This document shows positions 22,227-29,830 of a stretch of DNA of 32,000 bases, piece by piece (within the stretch, counting starts at the first letter, position 1; the number at the start of each line of letters is the position of its first letter). Where the stretch lies: assembly GCA_043808785.1 (NCBI GenBank), contig JAZDEL010000001.1:120001-152000 (forward strand), written 5' to 3'. The DNA is from Candidatus Iainarchaeum sp. (lineage in GTDB: Archaea; Iainarchaeota; Iainarchaeia; Iainarchaeales; JAZDEL01). The notes below the pieces were generated by a model. The model had not been told where the DNA came from and did not search any database. It was given only the letters and a program-made list of their open reading frames with translations. The position numbers were made by a program, and so were the translations under genes.

Positions 22227-24449
22227 ATGGCTTTCATATTGCGCAAAAATGAGGCCGCGTTGCTTTTTATTTCAATGCTCCTGGCTGCTGCAGGGCTGAT
22301 GCTTGCCCTGCAGGATTCCCGCACGCTCGGATTTTTCAGCATTTTCCTTACGGGAGACAGCGTAACCCGTTCTTTCTCTTCCACAAACCTGGTTGCAGGC
22401 AGCACACTGACAGTTTACCTTAATGTTGATATCGGCACCGCGGGCTATTACGCGCTTGAGGACCATCTCCCAAGCGGATGGACGGTTGTTCCCGGCTCGA
22501 CAAACATGTACACCGACCAGGCGGGCGTTGTAAAATGGCTGGTTTACCAGAATCCCGTGGACACGACCCTTTCATACCAGACGGTTGTGCCTGCCGGCGC
22601 TTCCGGCGACTACTCGTTTTCGGGCACATGCCTTTTCGAGGGCAGCGGCGAAACCACTATCCTGGGGCAGTCCTCGGTGAATGTGGGCGGCATGGACAGT
22701 ACGCCGCCCGTAATCAGCAATGTTTCCGCAGTGGTTTCCGATTCTGGCACGGGCGCAACTGTTTCATGGTCGACGGATGAGGACAGCAATTCGAAGGCGG
22801 ATTACGGGCTTTCAACAGCCTACGGGCAGCAGGTTTCGAGCCCCGTTATGGTGCCTGCACATTCGCTTCCAATAGGCTCGCTGCAGCCCGGTACCGCGGA
22901 TAAGGCATACCATTACAAGGTAACGAGCGCGGATGCCTCGGGAAACAGCGCAACAAGTCCGGATTACACATTCACAATCCCCGCATTGTGTGCCGACGGG
23001 CCGATATCGGGCACGTGCATATGCGGCGGCTCGACAAAGTCTTCCGGCTATTGCTGTTCGGGTTTCTGGCAGGCAAATGACTGCACATCCCCGCCCGAAC
23101 CATGTGCGGAAGGGGAAATAACCGGCGGCACCTGTGTATGCGGCCAAATTACCGCAGGCAACGGATACTGCTGTTCGGGCGCATGGCAGGATGGCGCCTG
23201 CGGCGGCGAGAATGGCGGCGGAGGAGGCGGCGGAGGCGGAGGAGGCTCCTCGATTTACTACGCCGCGGACAAGGACAGGGACGGGGTAGGTGACTGCCCG
23301 GGCAGCATCGACAAGAACCAGGCTGAGAAGTCAACCGCAACCGTGCAGCAGGAGATTGCGGAATCCGTAAAGCTGAAAAGAAACCTGCCATACTTTAAAT
23401 ACCTGACCCGCGGCAAGGTTACGACTGTTTATTACACCGCGGGAATTGACTGCGACTGCAACCCGATGCAGAGGTTTATAGGGATCTGCAGGAACAACAC
23501 CGCATGTAGGGGCGGCAAATGTGTTGTTGCCGAAGCCGGCAGCCCGGGGGGGGACCTGATAGAGGGCCTGGGCGGGGATGCGGATAAAACCTCGATATTC
23601 TCGAAATCTTTCGAAACTGTGGCCGCAGCCGAGGGCATACGTGCCGTGCTTGGAGAGGCGGGCTATGGCTCGGCGGAAATCAGGTATGCCGAGGCTGTTG
23701 CAGGCAGGCTGAAGTTCACAAGGAAAATAGAGGTTTTTAAGATTGCGGGCATTGACGGAAACGTGAGCCATAGTTCGCTCATAACGATTTCCGCGAAGAA
23801 CGAGGTCGGAACAAACCTTACCAATATTGTCGTGCTTGAGAAGGCCCCGAAATCCATTGCGCAGAATATTTCGGAAATATACAGCGACTTCGCATTCAAC
23901 ACGTATGTCAACGACCCGGTTATTGAATTCCCGCTCGGCGACATGAATGCGGGCGGGGAGTCGGCGGTTTCTTACTCCGTGAGGCGCGACATAACCGGAA
24001 CATATTCCGATTTCATGGCGCCTGTTGCGCTCAGCCTTGACGAAACCGAGCCGCCCGCCTGCGAGTGCAACGACAATAACCCGTGCACAACCGACGGCTG
24101 CAACGCCGACGGGAGCTGCACGCATCCGGACGTCCGGGACGGCATAAAGTGCGGGGAGGGGGGAAGCTGCATGAAGGGCGCCTGCACAAAGGAGGAGGGC
24201 GGTTTCGGTTCCGCGGGCCTGCTTGCCATAGGGCTGGCGATACTGATGCTTGTGCTGCTTGTGGGCGGCATAGTTTTAAGGCACGGCAAAGGCGGTGCCG
24301 AAACGGAAATTCCGAAAGCCGCGCCCGTGCGAACCCCAAGCGTGCGTGATGCGGAAAAACAGGCCCATGCAAAAAAAGCGGGCGAAAATGATCCTTGGAA
24401 AACCAAGGCAAACCCGGGCGGAGCGGAAATTATAGAAGAGGATGCGTAA
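22227..24449 (+). CDS. Multidomain C-terminally anchored surface protein
   Basis: It has a signal anchor (AALLFISMLLAAAGLMLAL). An N-terminal module is paralogous to 21543-22016 (RSFSSTNLVAGSTLTVYLNVD..GYYALEDHLPSGWTVV...FSGTCLFEG...LGQSSVNV). An Fn3-like domain follows (PPVISNVSAVVSD..ATVSWSTDEDSNSKADYG...YHYKVTSADASGN). Next come two Cys-rich repeats, a poly-Gly linker, a DKDRDGVGD Ca-binding-like motif, and a domain shared with the giant protein. The C-terminus has a CxxDxNxCTxDxC-type Cys-rich motif and the TM helix LLAIGLAILMLVLLVGGIVL. ATG 22227 is preferred over TTG 22221. Confidence 0.85.
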   Translation: MAFILRKNEAALLFISMLLAAAGLMLALQDSRTLGFFSIFLTGDSVTRSFSSTNLVAGSTLTVYLNVDIGTAGYYALEDHLPSGWTVVPGSTNMYTDQAGVVKWLVYQNPVDTTLSYQTVVPAGASGDYSFSGTCLFEGSGETTILGQSSVNVGGMDSTPPVISNVSAVVSDSGTGATVSWSTDEDSNSKADYGLSTAYGQQVSSPVMVPAHSLPIGSLQPGTADKAYHYKVTSADASGNSATSPDYTFTIPALCADGPISGTCICGGSTKSSGYCCSGFWQANDCTSPPEPCAEGEITGGTCVCGQITAGNGYCCSGAWQDGACGGENGGGGGGGGGGGSSIYYAADKDRDGVGDCPGSIDKNQAEKSTATVQQEIAESVKLKRNLPYFKYLTRGKVTTVYYTAGIDCDCNPMQRFIGICRNNTACRGGKCVVAEAGSPGGDLIEGLGGDADKTSIFSKSFETVAAAEGIRAVLGEAGYGSAEIRYAEAVAGRLKFTRKIEVFKIAGIDGNVSHSSLITISAKNEVGTNLTNIVVLEKAPKSIAQNISEIYSDFAFNTYVNDPVIEFPLGDMNAGGESAVSYSVRRDITGTYSDFMAPVALSLDETEPPACECNDNNPCTTDGCNADGSCTHPDVRDGIKCGEGGSCMKGACTKEEGGFGSAGLLAIGLAILMLVLLVGGIVLRHGKGGAETEIPKAAPVRTPSVRDAEKQAHAKKAGENDPWKTKANPGGAEIIEEDA

Positions 24450-24482
24450 TCCGCCGCGGGTTCATGGCTGCAGGGTATTGCG

Positions 24483-25106
24483 ATGCTCTACAAAAACCGC
24501 GAGAGGCTTGAAAAATACTCCCTCAAGGTCGGCATGCTGTTCTCGCGCTTCGGCATTTCCCCGAACGCCTGGACGCTGATGAGCCTTATTCCCGCGTTCA
24601 TTGCGTTTTATTTCCTGCTTGGGGGCGCGGCACAGAATTTTTTGCTTGCCGCGTTTTTCTTCATGCTTGCCGCCTTTCTGGACCTTATTGACGGGGGCGT
24701 TGCGCGCGTCACCGGCAGGGTGACGAAATTCGGCGCCTACCTTGACACGATTGCGGACAGGGTTGTCGAGGCCGCAATAGCGTTTGGCCTCCTGCTTGCA
24801 GCGCTTCCGGGGTTCATAATCCCCGCTTATGCATGGGTTTTCCTGTATTTCTGCGGCTCAAGTTTGACGACATACGCAAAGAGCGCTGCAAAGGAGAAGG
24901 GGCTGGTGGAAGCGGAACTGCGGGGCGGCATACTTGAGAGGGCCGAGCGCCTTTCCCTGCTTTTTTTGGGCATTCTCTTCGCTTCCGTGAACCCGCTCTG
25001 GCTTGTTTACATGCTTGCCCTGCTTGCCGTGCTTTCAAACATAACCGCGCTTCAGAGGGTTGCGATTGCCGCGCGCACATCCGCGGCAAATGCAAAAAAA
25101 ACATAG
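24483..25106 (+). CDS. CDP-alcohol phosphatidyltransferase family membrane protein (archaeal polar-lipid headgroup synthase type)
   Basis: The signature D-x2-DG-x2-AR-x8-G-x3-D-x3-D is present as DLIDGGVARVTGRVTKFGAYLDTIADRV. There are multiple hydrophobic helices. Confidence 0.85.
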   Translation: MLYKNRERLEKYSLKVGMLFSRFGISPNAWTLMSLIPAFIAFYFLLGGAAQNFLLAAFFFMLAAFLDLIDGGVARVTGRVTKFGAYLDTIADRVVEAAIAFGLLLAALPGFIIPAYAWVFLYFCGSSLTTYAKSAAKEKGLVEAELRGGILERAERLSLLFLGILFASVNPLWLVYMLALLAVLSNITALQRVAIAARTSAANAKKT

Positions 25107-25148
25107 CCTGTGCCGCGGGTTCCCGCCTGTGCAGCGCGACAAAACACA

Positions 25149-25156
25149 ATTTAAAC
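25149..25156 (+). promoter_or_regulatory. TATA-box-like element (ATTTAAAC) upstream of gatE
   Basis: It lies ~25-30 nt upstream of ATG 25176/25185, which suggests a leaderless or near-leaderless transcript. Confidence 0.35.
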
Positions 25157-25175
25157 AGTTGGTTCCTAATTCTAA

Positions 25176-27089
25176 ATGGTTTCCATGGAGCCTGATTATG
25201 CGAAAATAGGCCTCAAGGCGGGGCTTGAGGTTCACCAGCAGCTCAACACCGGCAAGCTTTTCTGCAGGTGCCCCTCAAAACTGCGGGAGGATCCCGCGGC
25301 GATAAAATTCGGGAGAAGGCTTAATGCAGTTGCCTCGGAAACGGGGGAGTATGACCGTGCCGCGCTCGATGCCGCCAAACTTGCCGCGCTCTACAGTTAT
25401 GAGGCTTATTCAGACACGAACTGCCTTGTCGAGGCGGACGAGGAGCCGCCCGCGCCTCCCGATGCGGAAGCGCTCGACACAGTGCTGGGGGTTTCGCTGC
25501 TTGCGGATGCCAGAATTTTCGATTCCATTTTCGCAATGAGGAAGCTCATACTTGACGGTTCCGCAACCGCATCCTTCCAGCGCACGATGCTTGTCGCGTG
25601 CTGCGGAAAAATCGCGCTTGAAAGCGGCAAACTTCTCGGGATAGACACTATTGCGCTCGAGGAGGACGCCGCGAAGATTGTCGAGCGCGGCAGCGGGGGT
25701 GCGGGGACATACAGGCTTGACAGGCTCGGCATTCCGCTCATTGAAATAGCGACAGCGCCGGAACTGCACGCGCCCGAAGAAGTTAAGGATGCCGCCCTTG
25801 CAATAGGAAACCTGCTCAGAAGCACGGGCAGGGCCAAGCGCGGCCTGGGCACGATAAGGCAGGACGTGAATATTTCAATAGCGCAGGGCGCGCGCATCGA
25901 GATAAAGGGCGTGCAGGAACTCGGGCTTATTGATGAATACGTCCGCAGGGAGGTAAGGAGGCAGATGGGCCTTGTTGAGCTTAGGGAGGAACTGAATAAG
26001 CGCGGGGTAAGGGAAGGCAGCCTCTCTGCAAAGCCGCTTGACATAAGCAATGCATTCGCCTCAACAGACTGCGGCTTCATCCGCACCGCCCTCGGCAAGG
26101 GTTCCGTTGTCCTTGGCGTGAAACTTGCGGGCTTCTCGGGGCTGCTCGGCAGGGAACTTATGCCGAATTACCGTTTCGGCACGGAACTTGCGTCAAGGGT
26201 CAAGGCAAAGGCAGGGCTTAAGGGGATAATGCATTCGGACGAGCTGCCCGCACAGGGAATTTCAGGGGGGGAGAAAGGGAAGGCTGCAGAACTGCTTGGC
26301 TGTGCAAAGCAGGACGGGTTTGTTTTCGCTTGCGCGCCGAGGCGGGAGGCGAAACTTGCCATTGCCGCGGTGCTTGAAAGGTGCGCGGAAGCCCTGCACG
26401 GCGTGCCCAAGGAAACAAGGAACGCCCTGCCCGACGGAAACACGGAATACCTGCGCCCTCTTGCGGGCGCTGCGCGCATGTACCCCGAAACAGACCTTGC
26501 GCCTGTTGTTGTCGATGCGAAAAAGATTGCCGCGCTCAGGAAAAGCCTTCCAATGAGTGCAGCGGAGAGGAAGAAATATTATGTGGCGTCGTTGCACCTT
26601 GGGGAAAAACTTGCGGAGAAGATGAAACTAAGCAACTATGCGATATTGTTTGAAGAGCTGGCGCGCAGGGGGCATAGCCCCACTGCCGCCGCAGTCCTCC
26701 TCCTCGAGGTAATGCCGCGCCTGCGCAGGGAGGGCACGGATACGGAAGCGATTTCGGAGGAGATGGTAGCAGCGGTGCTTGGCGAGATGAAGAAAGGCAG
26801 GCTCAATGCCTCGGCGAGCGTGCCGTTGCTAAAGGCATGGGCAAATGAACCCGAAAAAACAATTCACGAGTTGCTTGCGGCGCGGGGTTATGCGGGCGAG
26901 GCAACAGGCGAAAAGGAACTGCGCTCCGCTGTTGCAAGGGTTGTTGAGCGCAACATTGCGCTTGTGAACGAGAAGGGCATGCACGCAATGGGTGCGCTGA
27001 TGGGGGAATTGATGAAGGAGCTGCGCGGGCGCGTTTCCGGCGGCGAAGCGAGCAGAATACTTAAGGAAGAGATAGGTAAGCGATTATGA
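25176..27089 (+). CDS. gatE: Glutamyl-tRNA(Gln) amidotransferase subunit E (archaeal GatE)
   Basis: The N-terminal hallmark is GLKAGLEVHQQLNTGKLFCRCPS. It has ...RLDRLGIPLIEIATAP... and a GatB/YqeY-like C-terminal region. The length of 637 aa fits. The start could also be ATG 25185. Confidence 0.9.
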   Translation: MVSMEPDYAKIGLKAGLEVHQQLNTGKLFCRCPSKLREDPAAIKFGRRLNAVASETGEYDRAALDAAKLAALYSYEAYSDTNCLVEADEEPPAPPDAEALDTVLGVSLLADARIFDSIFAMRKLILDGSATASFQRTMLVACCGKIALESGKLLGIDTIALEEDAAKIVERGSGGAGTYRLDRLGIPLIEIATAPELHAPEEVKDAALAIGNLLRSTGRAKRGLGTIRQDVNISIAQGARIEIKGVQELGLIDEYVRREVRRQMGLVELREELNKRGVREGSLSAKPLDISNAFASTDCGFIRTALGKGSVVLGVKLAGFSGLLGRELMPNYRFGTELASRVKAKAGLKGIMHSDELPAQGISGGEKGKAAELLGCAKQDGFVFACAPRREAKLAIAAVLERCAEALHGVPKETRNALPDGNTEYLRPLAGAARMYPETDLAPVVVDAKKIAALRKSLPMSAAERKKYYVASLHLGEKLAEKMKLSNYAILFEELARRGHSPTAAAVLLLEVMPRLRREGTDTEAISEEMVAAVLGEMKKGRLNASASVPLLKAWANEPEKTIHELLAARGYAGEATGEKELRSAVARVVERNIALVNEKGMHAMGALMGELMKELRGRVSGGEASRILKEEIGKRL

Positions 27090-27946
27090 CTGCCGCAAGA
27101 ACTTCTTTCGCGGACGTAAAGGCGTGCTACAAGAGGCGCAGCCCATATTCCCGCAAGGGCGACAACGGCAGGGTTCTTGTTGTCGGGGGGAGCGATGATT
27201 TTTCAGGCGCTCCCGCGCTCGCTGCAATGGGAGCGCTTGCGGCGCTGCGCACAGGCGCCGACCTCGCGGTAATTGCCGCCCCTGAAAAAGCGGGGTGGGC
27301 GATGAGTGAGTACAGTCCAGATGTAATTGTGAAGAAGTTCAGAGGGCGCGTGTTCGCGCCTGCGCATGCCGCCAAAATAGCAAAACTTTCGCAGGGTTTT
27401 GATTCCGTGCTCATCGGGCCCGGCTTAGGCACCGCGCCCCCAACATTCTCCTTCTGCCGCGCGCTCGCCGGAAAAGTAAAACAGCCGATGGTTGCGGATG
27501 CGGACGCGCTCAAGGCGCTTGCGGGAACAAGGTTCAGCGGGCGAACCATAATCACGCCGCATTCGGGCGAGTTCGAGATTTTTGCACGCACGAAGCTGCC
27601 TCCCCCTGCCGCCGTTTCCGCACGTGCAGTGCTTGTTAAACGTGCCGCAAAAAAGCACGGATGCACAATACTCCTGAAAGGGCACGCGGACATAATTTCC
27701 GACGGCGCGCGCGTGAAGCTGAACCGCACGGGCAATGCGGGAATGGCAAAGGGCGGCACAGGGGACGTGCTTGCGGGCATCTGCGCTGCGCTGCTCGCGC
27801 TGCATAACGCGCCTTTTGAAGCCGCGTGCGCCGCGGCATACATAAACGGCAGGGCGGGCGATATCTTATTAAGGAAGAAAGGATATGGGTTTATCGCGGG
27901 CGATTTGCCGCAGGCGATCCCCGAAGTGATAAAAAAATTAAGGTAA
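27086..27946 (+). CDS. nnrD: NAD(P)H-hydrate dehydratase (YjeF C-terminal / carbohydrate-kinase-like family)
   Basis: The motifs are KGDNGRVLVVGGSDDFSGAPALAAMGALAALRTGADL and GMAKGGTGDVLAGI. An ATGA overlap links it to the gatE stop. Confidence 0.85.
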   Translation: MTAARTSFADVKACYKRRSPYSRKGDNGRVLVVGGSDDFSGAPALAAMGALAALRTGADLAVIAAPEKAGWAMSEYSPDVIVKKFRGRVFAPAHAAKIAKLSQGFDSVLIGPGLGTAPPTFSFCRALAGKVKQPMVADADALKALAGTRFSGRTIITPHSGEFEIFARTKLPPPAAVSARAVLVKRAAKKHGCTILLKGHADIISDGARVKLNRTGNAGMAKGGTGDVLAGICAALLALHNAPFEAACAAAYINGRAGDILLRKKGYGFIAGDLPQAIPEVIKKLR

Positions 27947-27951
27947 TAAAG

Positions 27952-28305
27952 ATGCAGGAAAAAATCTACACGGAAAAAAGGCCCTGGGGAAAGTTCACAA
28001 GGTTCGTGCACGGCAAAAAGTGCACCGTTAAAATCATAGAGGTAAAGCCGCGGCAGGCGCTCAGCCTCCAATATCACAAACACCGCTCGGAATTATGGTT
28101 CGCCCTTGATTCGGGATTGAAGGTGCAGCTGGGCAAAAAATCAAAACCAAAAAAATTCGCGGTTGGTTCCGTTGTTCATGTGGGCAAGAAGGTTCCGCAC
28201 AGGCTTGTCGGCGGTTCAAAATTGGCGCGCGTGCTCGAGATTTCAACAGGCGATGTGCGCGAGAATGATATAGTGCGCATCGAGGACAGGTACGGGCGCG
28301 CATAA
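27952..28305 (+). CDS. Cupin-domain protein of the mannose-6-phosphate isomerase type II C-terminal kind
   Basis: The sequence RPWGKFTRF...KIIEVKPRQALSLQYHKHRSELWFALDSG...VHVGKKVPHRL shows the cupin motifs (H.H...E and H). Confidence 0.7.
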   Translation: MQEKIYTEKRPWGKFTRFVHGKKCTVKIIEVKPRQALSLQYHKHRSELWFALDSGLKVQLGKKSKPKKFAVGSVVHVGKKVPHRLVGGSKLARVLEISTGDVRENDIVRIEDRYGRA

Positions 28306-28362
28306 CCGCGCGTGACTGTGTGCCTTGAGGGCAGGTGCGGTAGGGCGTGACGCCCTTCCGCA

Positions 28363-28542
28363 CTATATTGCTCCCTTCGCCTGCTTCTTCATCTTCCTCA
28401 TGCACTTCTTGTGCCAGTACCGGCCCATCCACTTTTTTTCCGTGCCGGCGCCGCCGCAGAGCGAGCACGGCTCGCTGCCGTACTTCGCGCCATCCCGCGC
28501 TTCCGCATCATCCTCATTTTTCATGAATAGCCCCCGAGCCAT
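28363..28542 (-). CDS. Possible small (59 aa) zinc-ribbon-like protein downstream of arcC
   Basis: It translates to MARGLFMKNEDDAEARDGAKYGSEPCSLCGGAGTEKKWMGRYWHKKCMRKMKKQAKGAI (CxxC ... HxxC plus a basic tail). It has the same orientation as arcC. There is no homology evidence. Confidence 0.3.
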   Translation of the reverse strand: MARGLFMKNEDDAEARDGAKYGSEPCSLCGGAGTEKKWMGRYWHKKCMRKMKKQAKGAI

Positions 28543-28609
28543 TTTCGTTTTCCCCTTCGGCGCCTTTATCGCGCTTAACCAAGCCGTCAAGCAAGCCCAT
28601 AATCGCACC

Positions 28610-29536
28610 TCACGGGGTTATTATCGTGCCCGTTCCGCCCTCAAGCCCCTTAACAAGATTGTCCAGCGAGGTTATTATTACTTTCCTGCCGCCTTTCGAG
28701 AGGAAATCGAGCGCTGCCTCCACTTTCGGCTTCATGCTGCCCTCGGAAAAATGCCCCGCACGCAGGTATTCCCGCATCCTGCCGGCGCTTACTTTGCGCA
28801 GCCTTTCCTGTTTTTTTGTCCCGTACCCGAGCATAACGTGCCCGACGTCCGTAAGTATCGCCATTGTTTTTATGCCGAGGGAATTCGCGAGCAGTGCCGA
28901 GGCGTGGTCCTTGTCTATAACGGCCTCAACACCCTTAAGGCGCCGCCCGGTTTTTACCACAGGTATGCCGCCCCCGCCGCACGCGACAACAATGGTTCCG
29001 CTGTCCAGCAGTTTCCTTATTGCCCGCAGTTCCACTATGCCCTTCGGCATCGGGCTCGGCACAACCCGCCTCCAGCCGCGCCCCGCGTCCTCCGCAACCC
29101 TGAACCTGTGCGCAAGCGTCCTCGCCTTCTCCGCGGAATAGAAAGGCCCCACCGGCTTTGTGGGGTTCCCGAATGCCCGGTCGCGTGCATCGACAACAAC
29201 CTGCGTAACCACGGTTGCAACGCCCCTGTGCGGCAGCAGGTTCCGCAGTTCCTGCTGGAGCATATACCCTATCTGCGCCTGCGTCATTGCCACGTCCACA
29301 TCCAGCGGCATCTCGGGCACCTCGTCCTTTGCGGCAACCATCTGTATCTGCAGGTTGCCGACCTGCGGGCCGTTGCCGTGCGTTACGACAACCGTGTGCC
29401 CCCTCCGCACCAGTTTTGCGATATGCCTGCAGGTCCTGCGCACGTTGCGCAGCTGCTCCCCGTGCTTTCCCGCCTCGTGCCGCCTTATCAGCGCGTTGCC
29501 GCCCAAGGCGACGAGGATTTTTTCATGCGCCATCAT
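28610..29536 (-). CDS. arcC: Carbamate kinase
   Basis: The motifs are ILVALGGNALIRR, VVTHGNGPQVGNL and IVVACGGGGIPV. The length of 308 aa fits. Confidence 0.9.
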   Translation of the reverse strand: MMAHEKILVALGGNALIRRHEAGKHGEQLRNVRRTCRHIAKLVRRGHTVVVTHGNGPQVGNLQIQMVAAKDEVPEMPLDVDVAMTQAQIGYMLQQELRNLLPHRGVATVVTQVVVDARDRAFGNPTKPVGPFYSAEKARTLAHRFRVAEDAGRGWRRVVPSPMPKGIVELRAIRKLLDSGTIVVACGGGGIPVVKTGRRLKGVEAVIDKDHASALLANSLGIKTMAILTDVGHVMLGYGTKKQERLRKVSAGRMREYLRAGHFSEGSMKPKVEAALDFLSKGGRKVIITSLDNLVKGLEGGTGTIITP

Positions 29537-29700
29537 TAGCCCCGGAGAGATTCGAACCCTCCGCAGCCTTTTCTTAAAAAGAAAAGGCTGGCGAAAAGAA
29601 CAGCCGTGCTTCGCACGGCAACTCTCCGTCGTGCCTCCTTTACTATGACTGCATTAGCCCCGGAGCAATTCAAAGCTTCCGCTTTGAAAACTCCGTGGCT
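29537..29700 (-). other. tRNA-Gln-derived structured spacer: two tRNA-like acceptor/T-arm minihelix elements plus three perfect hairpins, ending 1 nt before the arcC ATG
   Basis: The plus-strand string tagccccggag occurs at 29537, 29655 and 29704. 29537-29557 is identical to the tRNA-Gln 3' end at 29704-29724, and its T-arm can still fold (GAGGG/TTCGAAT/CTCTC). Hairpins lie at 29564-29590, 29603-29619 and 29669-29688. No canonical cloverleaf can be drawn. Confidence 0.5.
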
Positions 29701-29703
29701 TGA

Positions 29704-29776
29704 TAGCCCCGGAGAGATTCGAACTCCCGTCGCAAGGTCCAAAGCCTTGCATGCTTGGCCGCTACACCACGGGGCT
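29704..29776 (-). tRNA. tRNA-Gln (anticodon UUG), 73 nt, no encoded CCA
   Basis: The reverse complement is AGCCCCGTGGTGTAGCGGCCAAGCATGCAAGGCTTTGGACCTTGCGACGGGAGTTCGAATCTCTCCGGGGCTA. The acceptor stem is AGCCCCG/CGGGGCT. The anticodon stem is CAAGG/CCTTG with loop CT-TTG-GA. The T-arm is GGGAG-TTCGAAT-CTCTC and the discriminator is A. Confidence 0.9.
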
Positions 29777-29830
29777 TTTGCGCATACCTTATAATTAGGC
29801 GTTTTTGTTTTTATTACTGCCTTTTGGCGG

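Noticed and set aside
23331-24125. 264-aa ORF on the minus strand (and 23972-24411)
   Set aside because: They are antisense to the 742-aa surface protein gene, whose frame carries multiple recognisable domains.
25406-26098. 230-aa ORF on the minus strand (and 25410-25769, 26168-26597)
   Set aside because: These are antisense shadows of gatE. The products are Ser/Ala/Pro-rich.
27127-28083. 318-aa ORF on the minus strand
   Set aside because: It is antisense to the NAD(P)H-hydrate dehydratase and cupin genes. The product is low-complexity (Ala/Ser/Pro) with no recognisable domain.
28325-29539. 404-aa ORF on the plus strand
   Set aside because: It is exactly antisense to the carbamate kinase gene, which has unmistakable motifs. 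Its translation is Pro/Arg/Ala-rich with no motif. This is a typical shadow ORF in GC-rich DNA.
29537-29700. A second canonical or intron-containing/split tRNA downstream of tRNA-Gln
   Set aside because: No D-arm or 7-nt anticodon loop can be drawn. The candidate anticodon region forms an 11-12 bp hairpin with a 3-nt loop. The only 5' acceptor candidate (AGCCACG) has a mismatch and is followed by no D-arm-like sequence. It is kept as a tRNA-derived element rather than a tRNA gene.
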